A DNA stretch of 64,000 nucleotides, from contig NC_042998.1 in assembly GCF_006345805.1 (NCBI RefSeq), positions 99,076,001 to 99,140,000 on the forward strand, given 5' to 3'. The position numbers and the translations under genes are program-made. This document shows positions 12,621-25,100 of this stretch, piece after piece. Numbering within the stretch: the first letter of the stretch is position 1; each line of letters begins with the position of its first letter. Origin of the DNA: Octopus sinensis (lineage: Eukaryota). Below the pieces are notes generated by a model. That model was not told where the DNA came from. It made no database searches and saw only the letters and a list, made by a program, of their open reading frames with translations.

Positions 12621-13862
12621 ATTCAAGGAACAATGAGAATAACAAGAAGAATTGCAGCAGCAAATGTTACAACTAATGAAGTGATGACCGAACTCGAGAA
12701 TACATTTTCACCTGACCATGTAGAAAATTCCATAAGCAAATTCAAATATGACCCTGAAGAAGGAGTAACCTTGAAGGCTTACTTTTGAAGATTACAATAA
12801 ATTTTTGAAAAAGAATGTCAAGATTGGATAGACAAAATGAAAACGCGTCTAATGTTAAGAAAACTCTGACAGCAGAGCATGAGGAGTATAACTTCACATT
12901 GCCAAAAAAAGCATCCAACATAAATTTCAACGATACAGTCAACATTTTGTGCAAACTGTTTAGTGAAACGAGCTCACTGTTTAATACTAGATGGAAATGT
13001 TTAAACATAGAAAAGAGCAGAGATGAAGATTTCACTACTTACACAGGCTAAGTCAATAAAGAATGTGAAAGATTCTTTTAAGTGTTACAAAAAAAAATTG
13101 ATAGTTTGTCAGCAGGAAAAGTTGTGACTACAATAAACAGAAAATTCGTGAACAGGAGAATTGAAAATACTAGAGTCAGAATGCAACTAGACATGGGAAG
13201 TGACATTACAAACATAGATGAGAAAATATGGGAACAAATGGGTAAACCAAAATTATATAGTTCAAACAAAATAGCACATAGTATTGCAGGAAGAAAATTA
13301 TATTTCACGGGCGAACATGTTTGTAATATAATGTTCAAAGGTGGAACAAAAAAGGGAATGCTTATGTGTTGAAAAAAATCCATGAATTTATTTGGCACTG
13401 AATGTATGGAGAAATCTAATATATAGGATACACCCATAAGCGCTTTGTGCAATAGTGTAAATGGAGCAGTCAAATGATTGAACGAAGTCGATGAACTGAA
13501 ACAAAAAAAAAGTGATGTGGAACATTATGCAGGAACTACCAGTAACTTTGGAAGAAATGAAAAGAAATGCGAGAAATTACAAATTTATTAATGAAACAAA
13601 AAAATTGTGGTCAACTAAAGGAAATAAAAAAAAGGTCTGATGCAAAGAACCACCAAAATGTGAATGTGTACTTTATATATGATGGTGTACTAATGTACAC
13701 TCAGAAGGAGGTCATACCACAGACATTACAGAAGAGAATGCTAAAAGAGTTTCATGTACAACACCCAGACCTCTGTAGAATGAAAGCACTGATGTGAAGT
13801 TTCATATACTGGCCAAGCTTGGACAAGGAAGTTGAAATCTGGTAGAAGGCTGAAGAGGATGT

Positions 13863-14594
13863 GTGCTGGCAGCAAAACTATCTACTACAAAATGTGAACC
13901 TTGGCCAGAAGTGAAAATACCATGGTCCCGATTGCATATTGATTTTGCATTCCTGATAAATTGTTATTATTACATAATAGTAGTGAACAGCTACACAAAA
14001 TGGCTTGAGGTCACAAGGTGTAAACAACCAACCTCATATATGGTAATAAACTTCTTACACGAGCTGTTCATAAGATTTGGTGTACTGGATAAAATTGTCT
14101 CTGATAATGGAACACAGTTTGTATCCTGTGAGTTTAAAAGATTCTGTGAAAGGCTCAAATTAGAACATGAAACTATAGCACCGTATCACTCTAGATCAAA
14201 TGGAAGGGCCGAACAGTTCGTGGACACTTTTAAGAGAGCTTTAAAGAAAACTAATAAGGAAGCCATGGATGAGGTCACAATCCAACAATTCTTAAGGGTA
14301 TACAGGGTAACTCTGAACCCAGAAGCACCAGAAGGAAGTCCACCAGCAGAATTAATGTTTGCCAGAAAGGTGGAGTTGGTATTCAATAAAATATTACCAG
14401 TGAAGAAAAAAATATGTGCTAGTACAGACATGCCCAAATTCCTTAGAATTGGTGTAAGAATGTACAAAAATGGCAAGCAATACTGGAAAGAAGAAATTGG
14501 AAGAATGATGTATATCGTAAGAAGCAGAAATGGAATGGAAAGGAAACATAGAAATCAGTTTAACGAAAGATTCATAGAAAAGGAACCAACATGA
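13863..14594 (+). pseudogene. Integrase core remnant of the Mag-like element
   Basis: PWSRLHIDFA...IVSDNGTQF...PYHSRSNGRAEQFV. Stops occur in the upstream HHCC region. Confidence 0.85.
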
Positions 14595-16059
14595 ATAGAA
14601 ATGCTAATGGATGACACTTTTCAGGTCCCAACACCGTTACAAGAAGCTGAAACCACATGCACAAGGAAAAGGAAGAACACAGAATTCTTAAAAGTAGACC
14701 CTAAGAAGAAAAGATATTGAGTGTATATATATATAAGGTAAGATGAATAAAAGAATTTGATTGCTAAATAAAATAATTAAAAGGGGAGATGTTTAGTGAA
14801 ACTGTACATCCCTCCCGATTAAAAGTGGTAGGAACCAACCATTATTAATAGACCAGTAGCTAGTCGAAAGAAGAAGGTCAAGAAGGTCGGGAGTACGTGT
14901 AGACATGTGTTGATAGTTGTGTCTCTGCCGATATAGTAATTATATTGTGATACTGAGTGGACATTATATCGATCCAACCTTTTGAAGATAATAACACTGT
15001 ATGACTGAGGGTCGTAGAGTGCCAGTTAGAAATATTCTATCGATGACTTCGAAATATAACAATATCTGTCAGTGACAACCATCATCAAAAGACAGATACA
15101 AAAGTGGCAAAAGACCACTTTACAACAGTAATAAAGCAAGAAATCAATATCATATTTATCTTCTGAATGCATAATGAAAATAAATTAGTTTACTTCTCAT
15201 AATCTATCTATAGCAATTAGATACATTGATATGAGAGAAAGAGAATTCAGGCTTTTCTCAAAAGTATTAGTAATGGGATAAGTATAGAGTATAAATAGAA
15301 CTAGGAAACAAGAAAAAGTCAGTTTCAGTTGGCTAGGAGCTCATGTTAGACATAAGATAGATTGCCTCTCAATATAAAGTTTACTGATGACAAAATTTAA
15401 TCACTGCATTTTAAATTCATATAAAATCAAAGAAATCAACTTTCAAGCTTAACCTTTTAGCATTAGAACTGGCCATATCTGATCCAAATATTTTACTTGT
15501 TTTATGTTTAAACTGACCACTCATGGAGTGGTTGGCGTTAGGAAGGGCATCCAGCCGTAGAAATATTGCCAGATCAAACTGGGCCTGGTGCAGCCTTCTG
15601 GCTTCCCAGACCCTAGTTGAACCGTCCAACCCATGCTAGCATGGAAAGCGGACGCTAAACGATGATGATGACGACCAGATCCACCCTCTTGTGCTGATTC
15701 TACACTTTCACTCTGAACATGAACAATCATTCATCGAAATCACAACACAAATAGATAATGTATGATTAATTCAAAATAATTTGAATAAATAAGCATTACA
15801 TTTGACTGAGTAATCTGAATCCTAAAGGGTTAAATGTATGGTTTCTTATAAATCCTTTTAATGCAAGTTTATATTCAAACTTATATAAAAAGTTCAAACA
15901 GCCAATAAGTATTTTATTATAATGTAAGCTACAGAGGTGAAGTGGGACTTTTAACCATTTCAGCCTCACTCTAGACATAAAAAGACCACTGCAAATATTG
16001 TGATGGCTGACCAAATAATTGGGATAGCAGCCTATAGGCAAATTAAATTAATGATTCAT

Positions 16060-16780
16060 GGAGGCAATGTGACCAATGCTGGTGGCATGTAAAAAGCACC
16101 TGTTGAGTGTTGGCCCTCAAAGAGGCAATGCGGCCAATGTCAGTGTTGCACCGGTGGCACGTAAAAAGCACTGTTCAAGTGTTGGGCCTCATGGAGGTTA
16201 TGACAAATGACCAAGACCTCTGGCAATATGCCATGCTTCAGAAGAAAACTCATCAAGCCAAGTGGATGCTGATGGCACGTAAAAAACACTTTTCGAGTGT
16301 TGGGCCTCCACAGAGGCATCTGGCACCTGTGCTGGTGGCACATAAAAAGCACCTGTCGAGTGTTGGGCCCCACAGAGGCAATGTGGCCAATGCCAGTGTT
16401 GTATAACTGGCACCTGTGCCAGTGACACTTAGAAAGCATCTTTCAAGAGTTGGGCCTCACAGAGGCAATGACAAATGACCGAGACCTTTGGCAATAAGTC
16501 ATGCTTGAAAAGAAAATCCATTAAGCCAAGTGAAATTGTAGTCATGGTGGATACAGGTGTCACACAACTGGCACCCATGCCAATGACTCAAAGAAGCACC
16601 CATTACACTCTTGGAGTGGTTGGCATTAGGAAGGGCATCCAGCTGTAAAAACCATGCCAAATCAGACTGGAGTCTGGTGCAGCCCCTCAGCTTACCAATC
16701 CTGGTCAAACTGTCCAACACATGCCAGCATGGACAAAGGATGTTAAAAGATGATGATGACGACGACGATGATGATGATGT
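16060..16780 (+). repeat. RTE 3'-end derivative with ~60-bp tandem kernel array
   Basis: Repeated GGTGGCACGTAAAAAGCAC kernel. Further RTE tail copies at ~1640-1900, 10660-10870, 11085-11245, 15515-15675, 17890-18125, 51080-51370, 52640-52910 and 62630-62970. Confidence 0.75.
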
Positions 16781-16914
16781 ACTACTACTGACATTGTATT
16801 GTGTCACTAACACTTATATTTCAAAGACTTTAGAATATCCATATTACAATATTTGAGAAATAGATGCAGGCATGGCTGTTGGTGCAAGTGTGGTTGTAGG
16901 AACAGTTAAAGTAA

Positions 16915-17194
16915 AGGTGTGGCTGTGTGATTGAGAGACTTGCTTCCCACCGATGTGGTCTTGGATTCAATCCTACAACATGGCACCTTGGGCTAGTATC
17001 TTCTACTGTATCCCCAGGCTGACCAAAGCCTTGTGAGTAGAGCTGGTAGGCAGAAACTGAAAGAAGCTCATTGTCTGTATGTGTGTATGCATTGTTGTAT
17101 GTGTGTGAATGTGTGTGTGGTATGTGCATGTATGCATGTGTGTGTGAGAGAGACAGAGAGAGTTGTGTGAGTGTGTGCATATGTATGTGTGTGT

Positions 17195-17251
<57 letters not shown>

Positions 17252-17525
17252 GAGAAAGAGAGAATGTGTGTGTGTACCATTGTCTTGACATCAACGATGG
17301 TTATAAATAAGCATCACTGTCTTACAAGTGGTGTTTTTTCGCTTCCAGTCTTCTGTGAAAAACATATTCAAACATGGGAAAATGGAGTCATTCGTTTTCA
17401 AGCTTGGAAACAAGTATGGGTGGACATCAGGAAAGGCATTTAGCCATAGTAAATGTGCCTAAACAAATTCTGTCTGACCTATGCAAGCATTGAAACGTGG
17501 ATGTTAAATGATGGTGATGATGAAC
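16915..17525 (+). mobile_element. Composite SINE: tRNA head, CORE-like block, microsatellite, Meta-like domain, RTE-type tail
   Basis: The head family also occurs at ~4200-4570, 18130-18270, 26660-26880, 34310-34490, 47690-47790 and 51390-51550. The tail ends GTTAAATGATGGTGATG. Confidence 0.75.
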
Positions 17526-18280
17526 GATGATGCTTCATAAGATTTCAAGTATTCCCAAGAAGCATGATAACACACCAAAAAACAACCCCGGCATATGTTC
17601 CCTTAAATCACAACAAAAATGCTAAGTCTTATGTGATGTTTCAATGATGATATATATATATTTTTTTTATTCTTTTACTTGTTTCAGCTATTTGACTGCA
17701 TCCACGCTGGAGCACCACCCTAAAAGATTTTAGTCAAACAAATCGACCCCAGAACTTATTTTTTGAGCCTAGTACTTATTCTACTGGTCCATTTTGCCGA
17801 ACTGCTAAGTTATGGGAATGTAAACACACCAGCATTAGTTGTCATGTGGTGATGGGAAGACAAACACAGACACAAAGACACACATATATCATGCTTGAGA
17901 AGAAGACCCATCAAGCCAAGTAAAATTGCAATCGTAGCAGATACTGGCACATAAAAGCTCCCATTACACTCTCAAAGTGGTTGGTATTAGGAAAGGCATC
18001 CAGCCATAGAAACCATGCCAAATCAGACTGGGGTCTGGTGCAGCCTTCCAGCTTACCAGCCCTGGTCAAACTTTCCAATCCATGCCAGCATGGACAATAG
18101 GCACTAAGTGATGATGATGATGATATATACAAGCTTCTTTCAGTTTCTGCCAACCCAATCCACTCATGAAGCTATAATAGAAGACACTTGTTCAAGGTGC
18201 CACACAGTGCAAATGAACCTGGAACCATGTGGTTGGGAAGCAAGCTTCTTCTCACACAGTTATGCTTGTGCCTACATATA

Positions 18281-19519
18281 TTAGGTCATCCCATAAATAA
18301 TGCAGTTTTTTTATACCTATTTTATTTTTCAAAATTTAGATAAAGTTCATTTATAATCTAAAATATATTATCCTTCATTTTCTACAATGTTCTTCTACCT
18401 ATCCAGTAAACTTGCAAGGCCCCACTTCCAAAATTCACTTGTCTGTGACAAAAAATACTCATTTAGTACTGTTCTGACCATGTCTACAGTATTCATATTT
18501 TTCCATCCAAATAGTTTTGAAGACTGCTGAATAAATGATAATCAGATCGGACAATGCCTGGTGAATATGGTAGGTGGGGCATCGTTTCCCATTCAAACTG
18601 CTTCAGCCTTTGGGATGTCATCTTCGCTGTATGTGGCTGAGTATTATAATGATGGAAGAACACCTTTCATCTTGAAACTGAAGATGGTCGCTTTTCTTCT
18701 AGCGCTGACTTAAGCTGCTTGCAGTAGATCTCCTTTGTTATCATTTGGTTCAAGTTTAAAAGTTCAAAGTGGACTAACCCTTTCATATCCCACCAAACAG
18801 ATAACAACACCTTATGTGGGTGAAGACCTTCTTTAGCCTAGGGTGCCGGTGTTTCTCCTTTCCCTGTCCACTGTCTTCGGTGCTTGACATTTTTATAGAC
18901 AACCCAGTTCTCCTCACCAGTCACTATTCGGTCCAAAAATGGTTCGTTTGTGAGATGTGATAGCAAAGAAGAGTACACATTCACTCTCTGTGTGCAATTA
19001 GACTTACAGAGTTTGTGAGGAACTCATTGACCCAATTTGCTGTTTTTCCAATGGCATGCAGGTGTTGATGAATGGTTGAATGACCAAATCCAAGCTTCTC
19101 TGCTAATTCCTCAACAGTTATAGAGATTTTATTCCACCAGGGTTTGCAGGATGTCATCATTGAGCTCTACAGATCTTCCAGGATGAGACTCCTCTTCTAG
19201 GCTGTAGTTTCCAGCTCAAAATTTCTGGAACCACCATTGACACTGGCTTGTACTTATTGTCTGATCCCCATAAACTGCATTGATATTCTTTGCACTTTCC
19301 ATTTCATTGTTGCCTTTATTGAACTCATAAAGCAAAATATGCCAAGTATGCTCCTTTGTCACTTCCATTATAGCTTTGAAAGAAGAACTATTAAAGTTGA
19401 ACTGCACCCTTCAAAACTTGCACTATGAATAAGCAAGTTGATGTAGGTAGTTTACCCCTTCCCCTCCAACTTTTAGTTCATATAATTACAAAAACCACAT
19501 TATTTATGAGATGACCTAA
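18281..19519 (-). mobile_element. Mariner-type transposon, full length but degenerate
   Basis: TIRs TTAGGTCATCCCATAAATAATG / CATTATTTATGAGATGACCTAA with TA TSD. N-terminus MEVTKEH..HILLYEF and a PHPPYSP-like motif near 18570. Confidence 0.88.
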
Positions 19520-19882
19520 TATATATATATATATATATATATCTTTTATCTTCTTCAGGAATTATACTGCAGCCATGCTGGGGCACCATATTGAAGAATT
19601 TTAGCCAAATAAATCAACACCAGTACTTTTCTTTTAAACCTTATAAAGAGACTTATTGCATCAGTCTCTTTTTGCCGGACTGCTAAGTTACAGTGACACA
19701 AATAAACCAACACCAGTTGTCAAGCGGTGGTAGGGGACAAACACAGGCACAAAGACACACCCATATAAATATATATGATTGGCTTCTTTCAGTTTCCATC
19801 TACCAAAACCACTCACAAGGTTTTGTAACAAGTATATAATAATCTCTGCATTCTTTTCTAAAACGATAAAGAAACTTCTCAC

Positions 19883-20017
19883 CAATTTTGCATAAACTAC
19901 ATCCGGTTCTGCTCGGACTACAGTATACAGCATTTTATTGTATTCCAGTCCCCTTTCTCTGATCAGCATTGAGTTTTTGAAAGCAAATTGAAAATTTGCA
20001 AGTGCTTCATAATCCAA
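19883..20017 (-). CDS. PFN4: Profilin-4-like gene, second coding exon (LDYEALANFQFAFKNSMLIRERGLEYNKMLYTVVRAEPDVVYAKL)
   Basis: Acceptor ttccttgcag and donor TTG|gtgaga. 135 bp, phase 0-0. Matches the profilin core (R.EGL.F....Y..VRAD..S.YAK). Confidence 0.9.
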
Positions 20018-20660
20018 CTGCAAGGAAAAAGATGAAATAAAACAAAGGTTTCTATATCAGTTAAACTAAAACAATATTATTGAGATGTAATCTAATTTCA
20101 AGGAGATTAAATTATATATAAATATTATAAAAAGTAAAAAGAATGTAATAATGCCAGTTTCAGCATCATCAAAACAGCCATCTAAATCTCCCTTGTATCT
20201 TTGTATTTACACTAAAACACATTGACTGTTATTAGATGTTCCATAAAGGTGGCAAGCTGGCATCCTAGACAATCTGCTTAGCAGCGTTTCTTCTGGCACC
20301 AGGTTTGGAGTTCAAATTCTGCTCAGGTTACTTTGCCTTTCATCCATCCAAGTTGATAAAAATAATTATAAGTCAAGCATTAGAGTTGATGTTAATCAAC
20401 TAACTCCCACCACATCCAAAATTTCAAGCCTTGTGCCTTTGGTAGAAAGAATTATTATATGTCATATAATGAGTAATGAGCAGAAGGCCAAGACTAAAGA
20501 GTGCATATTTATATAATGTGTTGCAAGTAAATTAATGTAGCAGAAATAATCTACCCCCAGTCTTTTGATGACAGTGAGAAACTACAAATACCATTTATTA
20601 GTATTCATTCATTTTTGAGAGGATGAGTGGCCTAGTGGTTCGGGTGCTGCAGTAATAATA

Positions 20661-21044
20661 TGTAGTGATGCTACTGTGTAGGGTTCAGCGCGCACCGGAA
20701 GTCTTCTCCATGCGCATGTGCGGGAAACGTTCCCTTAGGCCCGCCAAGCTCAAATCCTCCTCTCTGGCAAGTCAGCCAACGCGATCGGACGTACATTTCG
20801 CAGGCTCTGATAACCTCACCGACCTAGCCGCCAACGACCATCGAACCTCTTCAACAAAACGAACAAGAAGCTGTACATCAGAGGCTGTCCTTCTCCCATC
20901 AGACACACGTACGCCATCGCAATAAATAAACGAACTGCTGTCTTTTACCTACAACCTGACTTCGTCTGTATTGTCTTACAAAAATTGTATGTGACTGGAT
21001 CGGATCGACACCCTTTCAGTGAATCGATAACCCATCCTGTTACA
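20661..21044 (+). repeat. 5' LTR (384 bp) of the CsRn1-like element
   Basis: TGTAGTG...GTTACA. About 7 substitutions and a 31-bp deletion relative to the 3' LTR. AATAAA at ~20921. Confidence 0.95.
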
Positions 21045-21046
21045 AT

Positions 21047-21056
21047 TGGTGACCCC
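21047..21056 (+). promoter_or_regulatory. Primer-binding site complementary to the tRNA-Trp 3' end
   Basis: TGGTGACCCC lies 2 nt after the 5' LTR. Confidence 0.85.
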
Positions 21057-21429
21057 AAGTTGAAAAAAAAAAAAGAACAGAAGACGCAGCGAACAGGTTT
21101 TTGCCAGATAGAGCACTGAACATTCATTTTTTCATTTTTTCTCTTCTTTCAGAACGGCGAGGTGGGTACAAACAAAAGCTTATTCATTGCACGCACTCAG
21201 TACACTGAAAAAAAAAAAAAAGAAAACACACACACATCATTATTTTTTTCTTTCCTTTTCTGTACTTTGTTTTCCTTTGTGCACACACACACTTGTTTTA
21301 CTACCCACGAGGTACACACACCAGTACACAAAACACCATTGATTTGCTTTGTCGGTTCCACGTGTTCTCTCTCCATTTCTCGATCATACCTTCTGCCCCT
21401 TTCTGACAGACGATCCTTCCGACAAAAGC

Positions 21430-22172
21430 ATGGCTTCAGGTTTGCCTTCATTCACGGGGGATGCGGGGCTGTGGCTTGCCCAGGTGGAATCCCATTTTGC
21501 CGCGCATACCATTCCTCCACAACAGCAGTTACATCTGCTGTACTCAAGTTTGCTCTCCCGGCTCGCCACATCGGTCAGGGATCTCATTATGAGTCCCCAC
21601 CCTGACGCCACATATGCGTCAGTAAAGGCAGAAATCCTCCGCCGCAACACGCGGTCGGAGGAAAGTCAGTTCAATGAGCTGATGGCCGACGAGCAGTTGG
21701 GGGACAGAACTCCATCCCAGTTCCTGTGCCATCTAAGGGAGCTCAGCGGCAACGCAGCGGACGCGCCGCTCTTATGAAAAATATTTTTTTCCAGGCTGCC
21801 TGCCCACGTGCAGACAATGTTGGCCACGGCACTGGAGTCTGTGTCTGTGGACCAGATCGCCACGATGGCCGACAAAGTGTTAGAGTTTTCGCGCCCATCT
21901 CCCTCGCGGGGCCTGTACGCATGTACAGAGACCCCTCCGACACCTCCGACGAACGATAAACTAGCCGAGAAGATCGATGCGCTTACGCAGAGAATCGATG
22001 ATCTGTGCCATGCGATCGGGCGCCAACCTCGCAGTCGAGTCGCAGTAGCTCTATTTCCCGCAGTCGGAGTAACTCTGTTTCTCGTTCTGGCTGGTGCTGG
22101 TACCATTCAAAGTATGCCAAAAAGGCAGATCGGTGTACCCAGCCGTGCACTTTCCAGCCCTCAGAAAACTAA
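21430..22172 (+). pseudogene. gag: gag of the CsRn1-like element (disrupted)
   Basis: MASGLPSFTGDAGLWLAQVESHF..., with in-frame TGA at 21775 and a 1-bp frameshift near 22038. The restored frame reads RSRSRS...CWYHSKYAKKADRCTQPC then TAA at 22170-22172. Confidence 0.85.
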
Positions 22173-25100
22173 ATCCGGAGGAGGTGAGCACGTCACCTTC
22201 TTCCATCTCATTTCCCAAAAATCGTGCATTCTTTGTAAAAGATCTGGTGTCGAAGAAATTCTTCATGGTGGACACCAGCTCATGTTGCAGCATCTGGCCT
22301 CTTCGTCTGGCTGCAGACAAGCCCAAGCGCTCTTCAATTGTCTTGCATGCTATTGACTCGTCTCCCATAACCACTTACGGTCAGATTTCGCTGCGCCTCG
22401 ACATCAACCTTCGTCGAGATTTTCAATGGGTTTTCGTCATCGCTGACATCCCGCATCCTATTCTCGGCACTGATTTCCTGGATAGGTTTAAGCTATTGGT
22501 GGATGTCAGGCGTCGGATGCTTCTTGATAGCACGACGTCGCTCTCTACACCGACTGGGAGTTCCACCACTGCGGTCCTTAGCCCGACATTCTTTGTTGCC
22601 ACCTCTGGAGACCCTTTTCACTCTCTTTTGGTTTCATTTCCGGAGCTAGTGGACATTGCCTTTAAACCGGAAAAGCATACCCACTCAACCCTCCATTTTA
22701 TCACCACCACTGGGCCGCCTGTATTTTCGCGCCTACGGCGCCTTGCGCCACACCGACTAAAATCGGCTAGGGCCGAGTTTGAGCACATGCTTCAACTTGG
22801 CCTTATACGCCCCTCCACCAGCCCATGGGCGTCTCCCCTTCATTTGGCGCGAAAGGGTGAGTCTTATTTTCGCCTGGTTGGAGACTATCGACGCCTCAAT
22901 GCCGTAACAATAGCCGACCGATATCCAATCCGAAATCTCCAGGACTTTACGGCAAATCTCCATGGTTGTACCATTTTTACGAAGGTCGACCTTATACGCG
23001 CGTACCATCAAATACTGGTCAACCTAGCCGACGTTCCGAAAACTGCGATCACTACCCCCTTTGGGTGTTTTGAGTTTTTGTATATGAGTTTCGGTTTGCG
23101 GAATGCTACTAGCACTTTCCAGCGTTTCATTGATGAGGTCGTCCGCGGTCTTGATTTTGTGTTTGCCTATGTTGATGATATACTCATTGCGAGCGACACA
23201 TGTGAAAATCATCTCCAGCACCTTTCTCAGCTTTTTCAGCGTCTTCGCGCTTATAGTATACGTATAAATCCCGACAAGTGTGTTTTCGGACGCTCTTCCC
23301 TAGATTTTCTAGGCCATCATATTGATTCGAGTGGAATCAGCCCTCTCTCGTCAAAAGTCGATGCCATTCAACGCATCGCAACCCCCACTTCCTTGCGCCA
23401 GCTCAGGTATTATCTAGGGATGATCAATTTCTACAGACGTTTTATTCCCGGTTGTGCAGATAAGCTACTTTCTCTCACCAGGCTATTAAAGGACTCTCCT
23501 AGAAAGGACAGTCAAGTCACCCTCTCTGTTGAGGCAGTGACAGCCTTTGAGTCCATTAAGAAGGAGCTGGCTTCTGTTTCTTTGCTTGCACATCCAGTTC
23601 CTGGTGCTTCTCTCTCTTTGACTGTAAACGCATCGGACACTGCGATTGGCGCTGTGTTACAACACACAGTGGATGATCATATTCGACCTCTAGCTTTCTT
23701 TTCCCGTCAACTGCAACCAGCTGAACGACGATACAGCACCTTTGATCGTGAGCTCCTAGCGATCTATCTATCGGTTCGTCATTTCCAGCATCAACTTGAA
23801 GGGCGAGATTTTGTGATCTATACGGATCACAAGCCCCTTACGTTTGCCCTGTGTTCAAAAACGGACAAACTCTCACCTCGTGCTTTCCGGCACCTGGATT
23901 TTATCTCTCAATTCACTAGCAACATTCGACACATACCTGGAAAAGAGAACGTTCCTGCTGACGCTCTCTCTCGCCTTCCAGTCTGCGCCCTTTCGTCTCC
24001 TGCTGCTATCGACTTAGCTGCCATCTCGCAGGAGCAGCCACCTTTGGCGTCGTTAGACTTAACTTCTCCCAGGTTCTCCTGTTGCCAGTTTTCCTACCTT
24101 CCGCTTCCGTCAGCCGAAGGCACCATTCTTTGTGATACTTCCACTGGTTCTCCCAGACCACTTGTGCCTGAGAACCATCAACGCTCAGTGTTTGAAGCAC
24201 TGCACTCCTTATCACATCCTGGCATCACTGCCACCCTTAAGCTGATCACTGCTCGGTTTTTCTGGCCGAATATGCGTCGCACTATTACTTCTTGGACACG
24301 CACCTGCTCCAAGTGTCAACGGTCCAAGATTCAACGGCACGTTTGTGCCCCGCTTGGACAATTTCCCCCCATGGAGGCCCGTTTTCGCCATGTCCACATC
24401 GATCTGGTTGGACCATGGCCTGTGAGTCGCGGGTTCTCTTATCTGTTAACTTGTGTCGATCGCTTCTCCCGCTGGCCAGAAGCCATTCCGATAGCAGACA
24501 CTTCTGCTGAGACTGTTGCGCGAGCTTTCGTTTCAAACTGGATTTCTCACTTCGGAGTCCCGTCCCGATTGACAACTGATCGTGGATGTCAGTTTGAAGC
24601 CTCACTATTTCGCGAATTGTCGCGAATTTTAGGTGTGCACCACATCCACACTACAAGCTACCATCCAGCGTCTAATGGATTAGTTGAGCGGTTCCATAGA
24701 CAGCTCAAGGCCGCTCTTCGTGCCTCTTCGGACCCACAGTCCTGGATTGAATTTCTGCCCATTGTACTTCTCGGCTGTCGAACTGCTGTCAAGGTAGACC
24801 TGGGGTTTTCTGCTGCAGAGCTGCTGTATGGTACCACACTGGCATTGCCTGGTATGATGCTGGTGCCAGACACTTCCCAGCCCCATGATCCGGCGACCTA
24901 TGTCACCAGACTGCGTGCATATTTTTCGAACCTTCCACCTATGGTTCCCAGAAAGCAATCTCCACCATCCCATCTTCCACCGGATATGAACACCTGGTCG
25001 CATGTTTTTGTTCGGGACGACTCTGTGAAGGGCCCACTTGTTTCTCCCTATAAAGGACCTTTCCATGTGCTTTCTCGCACACCAAAGGTTTTCATGATTG

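Larger units (their letters stand above)
11727..15124 (+). mobile_element. Older internally deleted Ty3/Gypsy element, Mag-like
   Basis: LTRs at 11727-12062 and 14790-15124 with ~40 substitutions by eye. PBS TGGCGATGAGGA (12067-12078, tRNA-Ser-type) and PPT AAAAGGGGAGA. Gag (ISKFKYDPEEGVT), protease (LDMGSD) and integrase (HIDFA, SDNGTQF, SNGRAE) remnants. No RT. No clean TSD. Confidence 0.9.
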
